A stretch of DNA of 64,000 nucleotides. It comes from Clostridia bacterium (GTDB taxonomy: Bacteria; Bacillota; Clostridia; JAAYHZ01). Location: the NCBI GenBank assembly GCA_050950825.1, contig JBMNIH010000003.1, forward strand, positions 288,001 to 352,000. Reading direction: 5' to 3'. Under the pieces are notes generated by a model. The model had not been told where the DNA came from and did no database searches. It saw only the letters and a program-made list of their open reading frames with translations. Numbering within the stretch: the stretch's first letter is position 1; each line of letters starts with the position of its first letter. Of this stretch, positions 7,791 through 18,171 are shown in pieces. A program made the position numbers and the translations under genes.

Positions 7791-9431
7791 TTAAACGTGA
7801 ATTTGAATCATGCTTTCGTCCCATTTTTCGTATTTTTCAAATCCTAACAAGTTCACAACGGTAGCCGCCAGATTCGACAGTCCGTATTCTCCCGGAATTA
7901 CCGTATACTTATTATCGTTTCGGTTGTCGTAGAAAATACAGGGCACCTTGTTCAAGGTATGGCTGGTTTTCGCCTTGTAGGATCCGTCCTTGTTCTTTTT
8001 GATTTTTCCGTCCTTATCGGTTTCAAACATTTCATCCGCATTGCCGTGATCCGCCGTAATGATGGCCATGCCGCCCAATTGGTCCACGACCTTTAGAATT
8101 CTTCCGATGGCAAGGTCTACGGCTTCCACGCCGATCCGCGCCGCCTGCATAATTCCGGTGTGGCCTACCATATCGCCGTTCGGGAAGTTGACCCGGGCAA
8201 ATCTGTATTTTCCGGATTTCAATTCATCGATTAAACGGTCGGTAATTAAAGCCGACTGCATCCAAGGCCTTTGCTCGAAAGGTATGATGTCCGAAGGAAT
8301 CTCGATATAGGTTTCGGTTTTTTCATCGAACTTGCCGCTTCGATTCCCGTTCCAGAAATAGGTGACGTGACCGAACTTCTGGGTTTCGGAAATGGCCAGC
8401 TGGGTTATTCCTTCCAAAGCCAAAAATTCGCCCATGGTTTCCTCGATTTGAGGAGGACTGACCAAATATCTTGAGGGTATTTTCAAATCGCCGTCGTATT
8501 GAAGCATTCCTGCATAAACGACCTTAGGATAGCGCACCCGGTCAAACATATGAAAATCCGCTTCTTCAAAAGCTCTGCTGATTTCAATGGCTCGGTCGCC
8601 TCTGAAATTGAAGAATACCACGCTGTCGTTGTCTTGAATGGTTCCGACCGGCTTTCCGTCCTTGACAATGACAAAAGGAGGCAGGTCTTGGTCGATTACA
8701 TTGTATTCTTCGCGGTAGGTTTCGATAGCCGCCTTCGCGCTTTCAAAATATCTGCCTTCCCCTAATACATGGGTTTTCCAACCTTTTTCCACCATGCCCC
8801 AGTTTGCGCCGTAGCGGTCCATGGTAATGTTCATACGTCCGCCGCCGCTGGCTATTACGGCATTGAAGCTTTCGTCATTGACTTCTTTTAAAAATCCTTC
8901 AAAAGGCTCGACATATTCTAAGGCGGAGCGTTCGCCGACATCACGCCCGTCTAACAAAATGTGCACCCTTACTTCCTTAATGCCTTGCTTTTTCGCTTGA
9001 AGGATCATACTTTTCAAATGATCAATGTGAGAGTGAACGTTTCCATCCGAAAACAATCCCATAAAATGCAGGGTGGAATTATATTTCAAGCAGTTTTGGC
9101 TGATTTCCTGCCAACCGGTATCATGATATATTTTACCCGAAGCGATGGCTTCGTTTACCAATTTCGCTCCTTGGCTGTATACGCGACCGGCGCCGATGGC
9201 ATTATGAGCAACCTCCGAGTTTCCCATATCGTCATCGCCGGGTAATCCCACCGCGGTTCCGTGTGCTTTCAGGGCTAAAGTAGGATAATTCTTCATTAAA
9301 TAATCTAAATTCGGCGTATCGGCCAAATACACCGCATTTCCTTCATTGGGTTTTCCCAAGCCGATTCCATCCATGATAATCATAACTATGGGACCTTCAT
9401 GGGGTTTATATCCGTTAATCTTTTTTAACAT
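7791..9431 (-). CDS. gpmI: 2,3-bisphosphoglycerate-independent phosphoglycerate mutase
   Basis: MDGIG, MGNSEVAH, SDGNVHSH, LDGRDV, NFRGDRA, ETQKFGHVTYF, DMVGHTG, TADHGNAD. Confidence 0.95.
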   Translation of the reverse strand: MLKKINGYKPHEGPIVMIIMDGIGLGKPNEGNAVYLADTPNLDYLMKNYPTLALKAHGTAVGLPGDDDMGNSEVAHNAIGAGRVYSQGAKLVNEAIASGKIYHDTGWQEISQNCLKYNSTLHFMGLFSDGNVHSHIDHLKSMILQAKKQGIKEVRVHILLDGRDVGERSALEYVEPFEGFLKEVNDESFNAVIASGGGRMNITMDRYGANWGMVEKGWKTHVLGEGRYFESAKAAIETYREEYNVIDQDLPPFVIVKDGKPVGTIQDNDSVVFFNFRGDRAIEISRAFEEADFHMFDRVRYPKVVYAGMLQYDGDLKIPSRYLVSPPQIEETMGEFLALEGITQLAISETQKFGHVTYFWNGNRSGKFDEKTETYIEIPSDIIPFEQRPWMQSALITDRLIDELKSGKYRFARVNFPNGDMVGHTGIMQAARIGVEAVDLAIGRILKVVDQLGGMAIITADHGNADEMFETDKDGKIKKNKDGSYKAKTSHTLNKVPCIFYDNRNDNKYTVIPGEYGLSNLAATVVNLLGFEKYEKWDESMIQIHV

Positions 9432-9816
9432 ACGTTTTCTCCTTCCGATTTTTAAGGGATATATATCGATTCGTATATTCCGTATAACTGAACTGTTTTA
9501 TTATATCATTATGAACCCGTCATGGAAAGATTTTTAAAAGGAATCCGCCGTATATTCGTATATGGAATCGACATGCGTACCGGCCGCGGCATTGTTAATA
9601 AATATTCTATTATATATATATTGCCACATATTGATATATTTTTATTTGGTTGTATTTGGTATTCATCGCATTTTTATATTGATATTCTAGGTTCTTTATG
9701 ATAATATACAGTCAGTTCCTCTTTCTCTATGTTTATACAACATTTATATATAAAAGATTTCCTCGAAGGAAACATCACCCGCAGGTGTTTTAATATATAT
9801 AAGGAGGATTACTGTT

Positions 9817-11682
9817 ATGTCGAAGCGATTCATTCGAATCTGCTGTTTATTAACAGCAGTGGTAATGATGGCAACGTTCATTGGTTGTGCGCAATCGACG
9901 GAACAACAAGAAGTAACGACCACCGGTACCACTACGGCCGTGACAACAACAAAGGCCGTAACGACCACAACGGCCCAAACAACCACAACAGCTCAAACAA
10001 CTACCGCTGCGGTGGAAACAAACCCATTCGCTGAATTTTACGAAGTCAGCTGGATCTCCGGATTCTGCGACACGTACGAGGAAGGCGCCTATGACGAGTT
10101 GATGATTGAAGAAAAATACAACATTGACATCAAAACATGGAACATCAGCTATTACGACGCCGAAGGATTGACCATGATGTTAGCGGCAGGAGAAATACCC
10201 GATTTCAGTTATATCCCCTACGCTCCCATGGATGCGATTCAATTATACGAAGAAGGATTTACTCGAACCGTTCCTTTGGAGTTCTACAAAAAGTACTTCC
10301 CCTACTACTACGAACAGATGGAAAAACATAAACCCTCCAGTTATGTGTATAACAACGTTCCGGGAACCGACGAATACTACGGAATTTCCTTTATCATGAC
10401 CACTTGGAAAAACTACTATAACGGCCCCATATACCGTTTGGATTGGTTGGAGAACATCGGTTACGAAATTCCGGAATCCGAATTGACGCCCATTCCCATG
10501 ACCGACGAAAAATTAGGAAAATACAACGGCAATCTTTTTGTCACCAACTTTATGTTTGAATTTGACGAAATGAACGATATTTTCCGCGCCTTCACGGAGG
10601 ACGACCCGGATGGCAACGGTGAAGACGACACCTACGCCGCCGTTGTATTCAACCATACCTTCCGTGCTGCATGGGTTGATCTGTACTGGGGCATGTTCGG
10701 TGTTAACTCTTCCGAAAACAACTACCTATACTTGGAAGAATCCACCGGAGACGTGGTTCCTTGGTTTGCTTACTCCGGTTACAGGGATTACATGGCATGG
10801 GCAAATGAAATGTATGAAAAAGGCTACATGAGAACCTTGGATCTGTCCGACGGCGCTTACTGGTACGACGTGCTTTTAGCGACATGGCTTACAGGTAAGG
10901 TCGGATTCTTTACCGCCGACAGGCAATACATCGGACGTCCCCATTTTCCGGAATATTCCGACCGTCAGCCTCCCCAAAGCTTATGGTTAAACGGATTTGA
11001 AGACGCCACCTTTGTCTGTATGCCGGTATTGAAAGGGCCCGGAGAAGTATGGGGTAACAGAAGATACGGCCTCGACGCATTTGCCGACGGTAAATGGAGA
11101 ACCTACAACGTATCCAAAGCCGTTTCCGACGGAGAGCTGCAGCGTATACTGACCATGTGGAACGACCGCTACAGCGATCCTTACGACGAATGGAACGTGA
11201 AAGTATGGATCGGTATCGAAGGCGTTCACTTCAAATGGGAAGGCGAACCGTGGAAATCCGCTATGATGACCACCGAAGCCGACAAGGTTCCTCCGCAGTA
11301 TCGAAGAGGCGGATTCTGGGGCGGCAGCTTCTTAGGCGAAACCCTGTACTACGGACACGAAGCCGCATTCTACTACTACACATTTGCGGAAGAGAACGAT
11401 TGGGTGAAAAAGTACTGCATCGAGCCTCATAAGTACATAAACAAGTTGAATATGGGCGCCGAATTATACGAAGAATACGTTAAGGAATACGCCGAATACA
11501 GCGGAAGCATCAACGCAGCCGTTTCCGACTTTGCAAACCGTGTTTGGAGAGGCGAAATTGCGGATCTGAATACCGAATGGCAGCAATACATCGACCAGCT
11601 GTATGCGGCGGGACTTGAAATCATCATCGACAAATACTACAACAACGATGCATTCCCGCAATATCAAAGACCCGAGTTTTAA
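9817..11682 (+). CDS. Large extracellular solute-binding lipoprotein (LplA/SBP family 1-like), subfamily A paralogue 1
   Basis: Signal peptide with lipobox FIGC, Thr-rich linker, MLAAGEIPD, YRLDWLE, DPDGNGEDDT, GIEGVHF, WQQYIDQLYAAGL; AAGGAGG RBS. Confidence 0.8.
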   Translation: MSKRFIRICCLLTAVVMMATFIGCAQSTEQQEVTTTGTTTAVTTTKAVTTTTAQTTTTAQTTTAAVETNPFAEFYEVSWISGFCDTYEEGAYDELMIEEKYNIDIKTWNISYYDAEGLTMMLAAGEIPDFSYIPYAPMDAIQLYEEGFTRTVPLEFYKKYFPYYYEQMEKHKPSSYVYNNVPGTDEYYGISFIMTTWKNYYNGPIYRLDWLENIGYEIPESELTPIPMTDEKLGKYNGNLFVTNFMFEFDEMNDIFRAFTEDDPDGNGEDDTYAAVVFNHTFRAAWVDLYWGMFGVNSSENNYLYLEESTGDVVPWFAYSGYRDYMAWANEMYEKGYMRTLDLSDGAYWYDVLLATWLTGKVGFFTADRQYIGRPHFPEYSDRQPPQSLWLNGFEDATFVCMPVLKGPGEVWGNRRYGLDAFADGKWRTYNVSKAVSDGELQRILTMWNDRYSDPYDEWNVKVWIGIEGVHFKWEGEPWKSAMMTTEADKVPPQYRRGGFWGGSFLGETLYYGHEAAFYYYTFAEENDWVKKYCIEPHKYINKLNMGAELYEEYVKEYAEYSGSINAAVSDFANRVWRGEIADLNTEWQQYIDQLYAAGLEIIIDKYYNNDAFPQYQRPEF

Positions 11683-11718
11683 GGAAATGTATCCTATATG
11701 AAAACGGTTATAAAGACG

Positions 11719-11748
11719 AAAAGGAGGGGCAATACGCCCCTTCTTTTT
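11719..11748 (+). terminator. Intrinsic terminator
   Basis: GGAGGGGC-AATAC-GCCCCTTC followed by a T tract. Confidence 0.8.
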
Positions 11749-11935
11749 ATGCCTTATATTTACATAATATTGACCTTTTAAAATATTTGTGCTATTATAT
11801 ATACGGTTTTAAAATACAATATTCATTTAATTCGTCCTTTGGAAACACCGATTAAATCAGGTGTTTCAATATATATCAATATATATATATTCAAAGTATT
11901 GTGTAAATATATTGGATATATAAGGAGGGATTTAT

Positions 11936-13807
11936 ATGATGTCCAAGCGTTTCATACGTATCTGCTGTATACTTATAGCAGCAGCAATGATATCTACACT
12001 TATCGGTTGTTCTCAATCGACGGAACAACAAGATGAGACGACAACCGGTACTACTGCGGCTGCGACGACAACAAAGGCCGTCACGACCACCACTACCCAA
12101 ACAACCACAGCCAAAGCCGAAACAACGACCGCTCCGGTAGAAGAAAACCCCTTTGCGGAGTTTTATGAAGTGACATGGATCAGCGGCTTTGGTGCAGATT
12201 ACGAAGAAGGCGCTTATGATGAGCTGATGATCGAAGAAAAATACAACATCGACTTAAAAGTCTGGAACATCAGTTATTATGACGCCGAGGGATTGACCAT
12301 GATGTTAGCGGCAGGCGATATTCCCGATATCAGCTATATCCCTTACGCTCCCATGGATGCAATCCAATTGTACGAGGAAGGATTTACCCGGACCATTCCG
12401 CTGGAGTTCTACAAAAAATACTTCCCTTATTACTACGAGCAAATGGAAAAACATGCTCCTACCAGCTTTATGTACAACAATGTTCCGGGAACCGAAGAAT
12501 ACTACGGAATTTCCTTTATCCAAACCACTTGGAAGAACTATTATAACGGTCCCATTTTCCGTTTGGATTGGTTGGAAAACATCGGTTATGAAATTCCGGA
12601 ATCCGAACTGACGCCCATTCCCTTGACCGATGAAAAATTAGGCAAATACAACGGGAAATTATTCGTCACCGACTATATGTTTGAGTTCGACGAAATGAAC
12701 GATATTTTCCGCGCCTTCACGGAAGACGACCCGGATGGCAACGGTGAAGACGACACCTACGCCGCCGTATTGTTCGATCATACCTTCCGCTCCGCTTGGG
12801 TAGACCTCTACTGGGGTATGTTCGGTGTCAACTCTTCCGAAAACAACTATCTATACCTGGAAGAATCCACAGGGGACGTAGTTCCTTGGTTCGCTTACTC
12901 CGGATACAGGGATTATTTGGCATGGGCCAATGAAATGCATGAAAAAGGCTACATGAGAACCTTGGATCTGTCCGACGGCGCTTACTGGTACGATGTACTT
13001 TTAGCGACATGGCTTACGGGTAAGGTGGGATTCTTTACCGCCGACAGACAATACATCGGTCGTCCCCATTTCCCGGAATACTCCGACCGTCAGCCGCCCC
13101 AAAGCTTATGGCTAAACGGGCTTGAAGACGCCACCTTTGTTTGCATGCCGGTACTGAAAGGACCCGGAGAAGTTTGGGGCAACAGAAGATACGGGTTGGA
13201 AGCATTTGCCGACGGAAAATGGAGAACCTTCAATGTGTCCAAAGCCGTTTCCGACGGAGAACTGCAGCGTATTCTGACCATGTGGAATGACCGTTACAGC
13301 AATCCTTTGGACGACTGGAACGTGAAGGTGTATATCGGAATCGAAGGTGTTCACTTCAAATGGGAAGGCGAACCTTGGAAATCCGCAATGATCACCACGG
13401 AAGCCGACAAGGTTCCTCCGCAGTACCGAAGAGCGGGCTTCTTCGGCGGAAGCTTCTTGGCCGAATCCTTATATTATTCCCATGAAGCGGCTTACTATTA
13501 TTACACCTTTGCGGAAGAACACGATTGGGTGAAAAAGTACTGCCTCGAACCCTATAAATACATAAGCAAAATGCAAATGGGTGCCGATTTGTACGATCAA
13601 TATATTGAAGAATACAATGAATACAGCGGAAGCATCAACGCTGCCGTCAGCGATTTTGCGAATCGCGCATGGAGAGGCGAAATTGCCGATCTGAATACCG
13701 AATGGCAGCAGTACATCAACCAGTTGTATGCGGCAGGCCTGGAGGTCATTATCGACAAGTATTACAACAACGACGCATTCCCGGTTTACAAAAGACCCGA
13801 ATTTTAA
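11936..13807 (+). CDS. Solute-binding lipoprotein, subfamily A paralogue 2
   Basis: Lipobox LIGC, Thr-rich linker; highly similar to 9817-11682. Confidence 0.8.
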   Translation: MMSKRFIRICCILIAAAMISTLIGCSQSTEQQDETTTGTTAAATTTKAVTTTTTQTTTAKAETTTAPVEENPFAEFYEVTWISGFGADYEEGAYDELMIEEKYNIDLKVWNISYYDAEGLTMMLAAGDIPDISYIPYAPMDAIQLYEEGFTRTIPLEFYKKYFPYYYEQMEKHAPTSFMYNNVPGTEEYYGISFIQTTWKNYYNGPIFRLDWLENIGYEIPESELTPIPLTDEKLGKYNGKLFVTDYMFEFDEMNDIFRAFTEDDPDGNGEDDTYAAVLFDHTFRSAWVDLYWGMFGVNSSENNYLYLEESTGDVVPWFAYSGYRDYLAWANEMHEKGYMRTLDLSDGAYWYDVLLATWLTGKVGFFTADRQYIGRPHFPEYSDRQPPQSLWLNGLEDATFVCMPVLKGPGEVWGNRRYGLEAFADGKWRTFNVSKAVSDGELQRILTMWNDRYSNPLDDWNVKVYIGIEGVHFKWEGEPWKSAMITTEADKVPPQYRRAGFFGGSFLAESLYYSHEAAYYYYTFAEEHDWVKKYCLEPYKYISKMQMGADLYDQYIEEYNEYSGSINAAVSDFANRAWRGEIADLNTEWQQYINQLYAAGLEVIIDKYYNNDAFPVYKRPEF

Positions 13808-13820
13808 AATGACACTTTCG

Positions 13821-13848
13821 AGGGAGGAGCCAAGGCTCCTCCCTTTTT
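13821..13848 (+). terminator. Intrinsic terminator
   Basis: AGGGAGGAGCC-AA-GGCTCCTCCCT followed by Ts. Confidence 0.8.
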
Positions 13849-13878
13849 ATTACTTATTACCTATTACTTATTACTTAT
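13847..13878. repeat. (TTATTAC)x4.5 short tandem repeat
   Basis: TTATTAC TTATTAC CTATTAC TTATTAC TTAT. Confidence 0.7.
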
Positions 13879-14013
13879 ATAGATATTTTTCTTATTAGCG
13901 TAAAGTAAGTTTCGGATAATAATCAATGGAGGAATATAACAAATAGAAAGAGGACCCCGATTGTGATATGATTAAATTTCCAAAACAAAAAATCACAAAG
14001 GAAGGTGTCCTCT

Positions 14014-15498
14014 ATGTATAAAAGTATACTACATTTTATTGAAAATGGGTTAGTCGAAATTGAAAAAATGATGGGTGATATTCTGGCAGGTAAAAAAGAT
14101 GCCGATGATTTGACTGCACTCGTTAATAAAGTTACGTCAACGTTAGCGGTCAGCCTTATAGCGGATTTGTACGAGAAAGCTGATAACGATATACGAGAAA
14201 GCAGCGTGAGAAAAAAGTATTGGAATGTCGAGCACAGGAACAAAAAGAAAACCATCGTAGATGTCATGGGTAAGGTTGAATTCTGCCGAACCGGATATTG
14301 TGCGAAAGGAACGGGTGAGTATGTATATCTTTTGGATCAGGTGCTCGGATTTGAACCGCACCAGAAGGTAACGCTAGGCGCAGCTGCGAGAGCCTTGGAA
14401 GAAAGTATAGACAGCAGTTACCGCAAAGGCGGAGAGAATGCAAGCATAAAAGCGGAAGAAGGCATTAGCAAACAAGCCGTGATGGATCTGGTACATGAGA
14501 TTGAGGCGGACATGCCGATGCCGGAACCGGAAGGAAAGAAGAAGATAAAAAGGCTTCATGTCATAGCCGATGAAGATCATGTGGCGGCACAGTTTTGGAA
14601 TGAAAAGGGCGATTTGAAGCGAGATGCGAGGGGCCATAAGATTAATACCCTGATGCCTAAGCTTGTTTGTGTATTCGAGGATATTATCAATGAATCGGGG
14701 GAAGCATCCAAGAATCCCAGATATAAGCTGATCGGAAAAAAATACTTTTGCGGTATTTACGAGGGTGGCAAAGGCAACGAAAAGCTTTGGATGGAGGTTG
14801 CCGAATACATAGAAAAAACATACGATACGGACTATCTTGAGAGAATATACGTAGTCGGAGACGGAGCTTCGTGGATAAAAAAAGGATGCGAATATTTGGA
14901 GAACAGCAAATATGTCCTTGATAAATACCATATGATGAAATATATAAACAGGTCAGTGGCGCATCTTTACGATAGCGCGGACGAGGTGAAAGACTGGATT
15001 TGGGGAGCCTTGAATCGTTTGGACAAAAAGGAATTGAAGAATATCTATGAGCAGATCCTGAAGGTTACGGAAAGTGAAAACAAGAAGCAAGAAGTGGAAG
15101 ATGCGTTAAGATATTTTCTAAATCATTGGCAAGGGATAAAAACCCGAGTGGAAGAAACAAGCGGCTGGACATATTGCATAGAAGGGCAAATAAGCCATGT
15201 ATTGTCGGCAAGAATGAGCAGCAGACCAATGGGATGGAGCGAATTGGGTTGCGACCGCATGGCAAGGCTCAGAGCGTACAAAAGAAACGGCGGTAAGATT
15301 CTTGACTTGCTAAAATATCAAAAACAACGAAAAAAGCAAAAGGAAAGGCGTGAAGCACAAGAAGAATTGATAAGAGATCTGAGAAGAAGACATTCAAAAT
15401 GGACGTATGCGGAAGATACCAGACGTCACATACATGGTTTGGAAAGGAGCAGTATGAAGTGGCTAAAGAATATGACCACACTGGCTTGGGACGCATAA
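14014..15498 (+). CDS. ISLre2-family transposase
   Basis: ADEDH, GDGASWI, LDKYH, IEGQISH motifs; start MYKSIL after AAGGAAGGTG. Confidence 0.92.
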   Translation: MYKSILHFIENGLVEIEKMMGDILAGKKDADDLTALVNKVTSTLAVSLIADLYEKADNDIRESSVRKKYWNVEHRNKKKTIVDVMGKVEFCRTGYCAKGTGEYVYLLDQVLGFEPHQKVTLGAAARALEESIDSSYRKGGENASIKAEEGISKQAVMDLVHEIEADMPMPEPEGKKKIKRLHVIADEDHVAAQFWNEKGDLKRDARGHKINTLMPKLVCVFEDIINESGEASKNPRYKLIGKKYFCGIYEGGKGNEKLWMEVAEYIEKTYDTDYLERIYVVGDGASWIKKGCEYLENSKYVLDKYHMMKYINRSVAHLYDSADEVKDWIWGALNRLDKKELKNIYEQILKVTESENKKQEVEDALRYFLNHWQGIKTRVEETSGWTYCIEGQISHVLSARMSSRPMGWSELGCDRMARLRAYKRNGGKILDLLKYQKQRKKQKERREAQEELIRDLRRRHSKWTYAEDTRRHIHGLERSSMKWLKNMTTLAWDA

Positions 15499-15541
15499 GC
15501 AGCTTGAACCGCTATGACTTTGTAACCGTGTGACGGTAGGC

Positions 15542-15705
15542 TTTATGCCGCGAAAGTCGCTTTACGATGAGTAGACGGCATGTTAGGCTTGTCTGCCTGG
15601 CATCAAACACACAAAGCCGTATCCGGCTTCACCCTGTAGGAAGATGCCGCAGAGGCCACTAAACATGCCGGCAGAGGCTCGTCGTAAAGCGAACCGTGGA
15701 ATAAA
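15542..15705 (+). ncRNA. Putative structured ncRNA in ISLre2 3' region (copy A2)
   Basis: Same sequence as 849-1012. Confidence 0.7.
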
Positions 15706-16052
15706 TGAGTACTTTACTTGTGCATTTGCTATTGTCTTCATGAATTCTTAAATAGGTGATGTGTAATAATCAATTAAAAAAACAAATGTGGAAAAATTGA
15801 TGGAAATGATATATGATACAGACAAGATTTAATCTTATCATAAGGGTGAACTCTCTCTTTTTATTTCCGAATGTATATTGACGCTATCATTTTTCTTTTC
15901 CAAAGTTGACCAATCACAGGGTTTATGATATAATACATATAGTTCCATTTTCTTATGTTTCAGCTAGAGAGCTTTTATATATAGAGAGATACATCCATGG
16001 GAAACATCACCACAGGTGTTTCAAATATATATATTAAGGAGGAGTAACAATC

Positions 16053-17918
16053 ATGTCGAAGCGATTCATTCGAATCTGCTGTATGTTAACAGCAGTGGTA
16101 ATGATGGCAACGTTCATTGGTTGTGCGCAATCGACGGAACAACAAGAAGAAACGACCACCGGTACCACTACGGCCGTGACGACAACAAAAGCCGTCACGA
16201 CCACAACGGCCCAAACAACCACAACAGCTCAAACAACTACCGCTGCGGTGGAAACAAACCCATTCGCTGAATTTTACGAAGTCAGCTGGATCTCCGGATT
16301 CTGCGACACGTACGAGGAAGGCGCCTATGACGAGTTGATGATTGAAGAAAAATACAACATTGACATCAAAACATGGAACATCAGCTATTACGACGCCGAA
16401 GGATTGACCATGATGTTAGCGGCAGGAGAAATACCCGATTTCAGTTATATCCCCTACGCTCCCATGGATGCGATTCAATTATACGAAGAAGGATTTACTC
16501 GAACCGTTCCTTTGGAGTTCTACAAAAAGTACTTCCCCTACTACTACGAACAGATGGAAAAACATAAACCCTCCAGTTATGTGTATAACAACGTTCCGGG
16601 AACCGACGAATACTACGGAATTTCCTTTATCATGACCACTTGGAAAAACTACTATAACGGCCCCATATACCGTTTGGATTGGTTGGAGAACATCGGTTAC
16701 GAAATTCCGGAATCCGAATTGACGCCCATTCCCATGACCGACGAAAAATTAGGAAAATACAACGGCAATCTTTTTGTCACCAACTTTATGTTTGAATTTG
16801 ACGAAATGAACGATATTTTCCGCGCCTTCACGGAGGACGACCCGGATGGCAACGGTGAAGACGACACCTACGCCGCCGTTGTATTCAACCATACCTTCCG
16901 TGCTGCATGGGTTGATCTGTACTGGGGCATGTTCGGTGTTAACTCTTCCGAAAACAACTACCTATACTTGGAAGAATCCACCGGAGACGTGGTTCCTTGG
17001 TTTGCTTACTCCGGTTACAGGGATTACATGGCATGGGCAAATGAAATGTATGAAAAAGGCTACATGAGAACCTTGGATCTGTCCGACGGCGCTTACTGGT
17101 ACGACGTGCTTTTAGCGACATGGCTTACAGGTAAGGTCGGATTCTTTACCGCCGACAGGCAATACATCGGACGTCCCCATTTTCCGGAATATTCCGACCG
17201 TCAGCCTCCCCAAAGCTTATGGTTAAACGGATTTGAAGACGCCACCTTTGTCTGTATGCCGGTATTGAAAGGGCCCGGAGAAGTATGGGGTAACAGAAGA
17301 TACGGCCTCGACGCATTTGCCGACGGTAAATGGAGAACCTACAACGTATCCAAAGCCGTTTCCGACGGAGAGCTGCAGCGTATACTGACCATGTGGAACG
17401 ACCGCTACAGCGATCCTTACGACGAATGGAACGTGAAAGTATGGATCGGTATCGAAGGCGTTCACTTCAAATGGGAAGGCGAACCGTGGAAATCCGCTAT
17501 GATGACCACCGAAGCCGACAAGGTTCCTCCGCAGTATCGAAGAGGCGGATTCTGGGGCGGCAGCTTCTTAGGCGAAACCCTGTACTACGGACACGAAGCC
17601 GCATTCTACTACTACACATTTGCGGAAGAGAACGATTGGGTGAAAAAGTACTGCATCGAGCCTCATAAGTACATAAACAAGTTGAATATGGGCGCCGAAT
17701 TATACGAAGAATACGTTAAGGAATACGCCGAATACAGCGGAAGCATCAACGCAGCCGTTTCCGACTTTGCAAACCGTGTTTGGAGAGGCGAAATTGCGGA
17801 TCTGAATACCGAATGGCAGCAATACATCGACCAGCTGTATGCGGCGGGACTTGAAATCATCATCGACAAATACTACAACAACGATGCATTCCCGCAATAT
17901 CAAAGACCGGAATTCTAA
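16053..17918 (+). CDS. Solute-binding lipoprotein, subfamily A paralogue 3
   Basis: Differs from 9817-11682 at two N-terminal residues only (L11M, V33E). Confidence 0.8.
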   Translation: MSKRFIRICCMLTAVVMMATFIGCAQSTEQQEETTTGTTTAVTTTKAVTTTTAQTTTTAQTTTAAVETNPFAEFYEVSWISGFCDTYEEGAYDELMIEEKYNIDIKTWNISYYDAEGLTMMLAAGEIPDFSYIPYAPMDAIQLYEEGFTRTVPLEFYKKYFPYYYEQMEKHKPSSYVYNNVPGTDEYYGISFIMTTWKNYYNGPIYRLDWLENIGYEIPESELTPIPMTDEKLGKYNGNLFVTNFMFEFDEMNDIFRAFTEDDPDGNGEDDTYAAVVFNHTFRAAWVDLYWGMFGVNSSENNYLYLEESTGDVVPWFAYSGYRDYMAWANEMYEKGYMRTLDLSDGAYWYDVLLATWLTGKVGFFTADRQYIGRPHFPEYSDRQPPQSLWLNGFEDATFVCMPVLKGPGEVWGNRRYGLDAFADGKWRTYNVSKAVSDGELQRILTMWNDRYSDPYDEWNVKVWIGIEGVHFKWEGEPWKSAMMTTEADKVPPQYRRGGFWGGSFLGETLYYGHEAAFYYYTFAEENDWVKKYCIEPHKYINKLNMGAELYEEYVKEYAEYSGSINAAVSDFANRVWRGEIADLNTEWQQYIDQLYAAGLEIIIDKYYNNDAFPQYQRPEF

Positions 17919-17967
17919 GAAAAGCGAATATATCGACGCAAGAAGTGACGTAAGGCGCAAAAAATCT

Positions 17968-17997
17968 AAAAAAAGAGGGGCATACGCCCCTTTTTTT
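17968..17997 (+). terminator. Intrinsic terminator
   Basis: AGAGGGGC-ATAC-GCCCCTTT followed by Ts. Confidence 0.8.
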
Positions 17998-18171
17998 AGT
18001 CATGCAATATAATTATTTAACTTGACTTTATATATAAACGTTGTTATCATGAGGACATTGTTTTTATAACTGTTTTAGAATAAGAGAGATAAAAAATATA
18101 GTTATTTACATTATTTGTTATTAACGCAATTTTATTGCGTTACAAATATATAATTAAAGAGGAGGTTACAT

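Larger units (their letters stand above)
13894..15888 (+). mobile_element. ISLre2-family insertion sequence, complete copy 2
   Basis: IRL TAGCGTAAAGTAAGTTTCGGA vs IRR (reverse complement) TAGCGTCAATATACATTCGGA; 9-bp target duplication ATTTTTCTT at 13885-13893 and 15889-15897. Confidence 0.92.
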
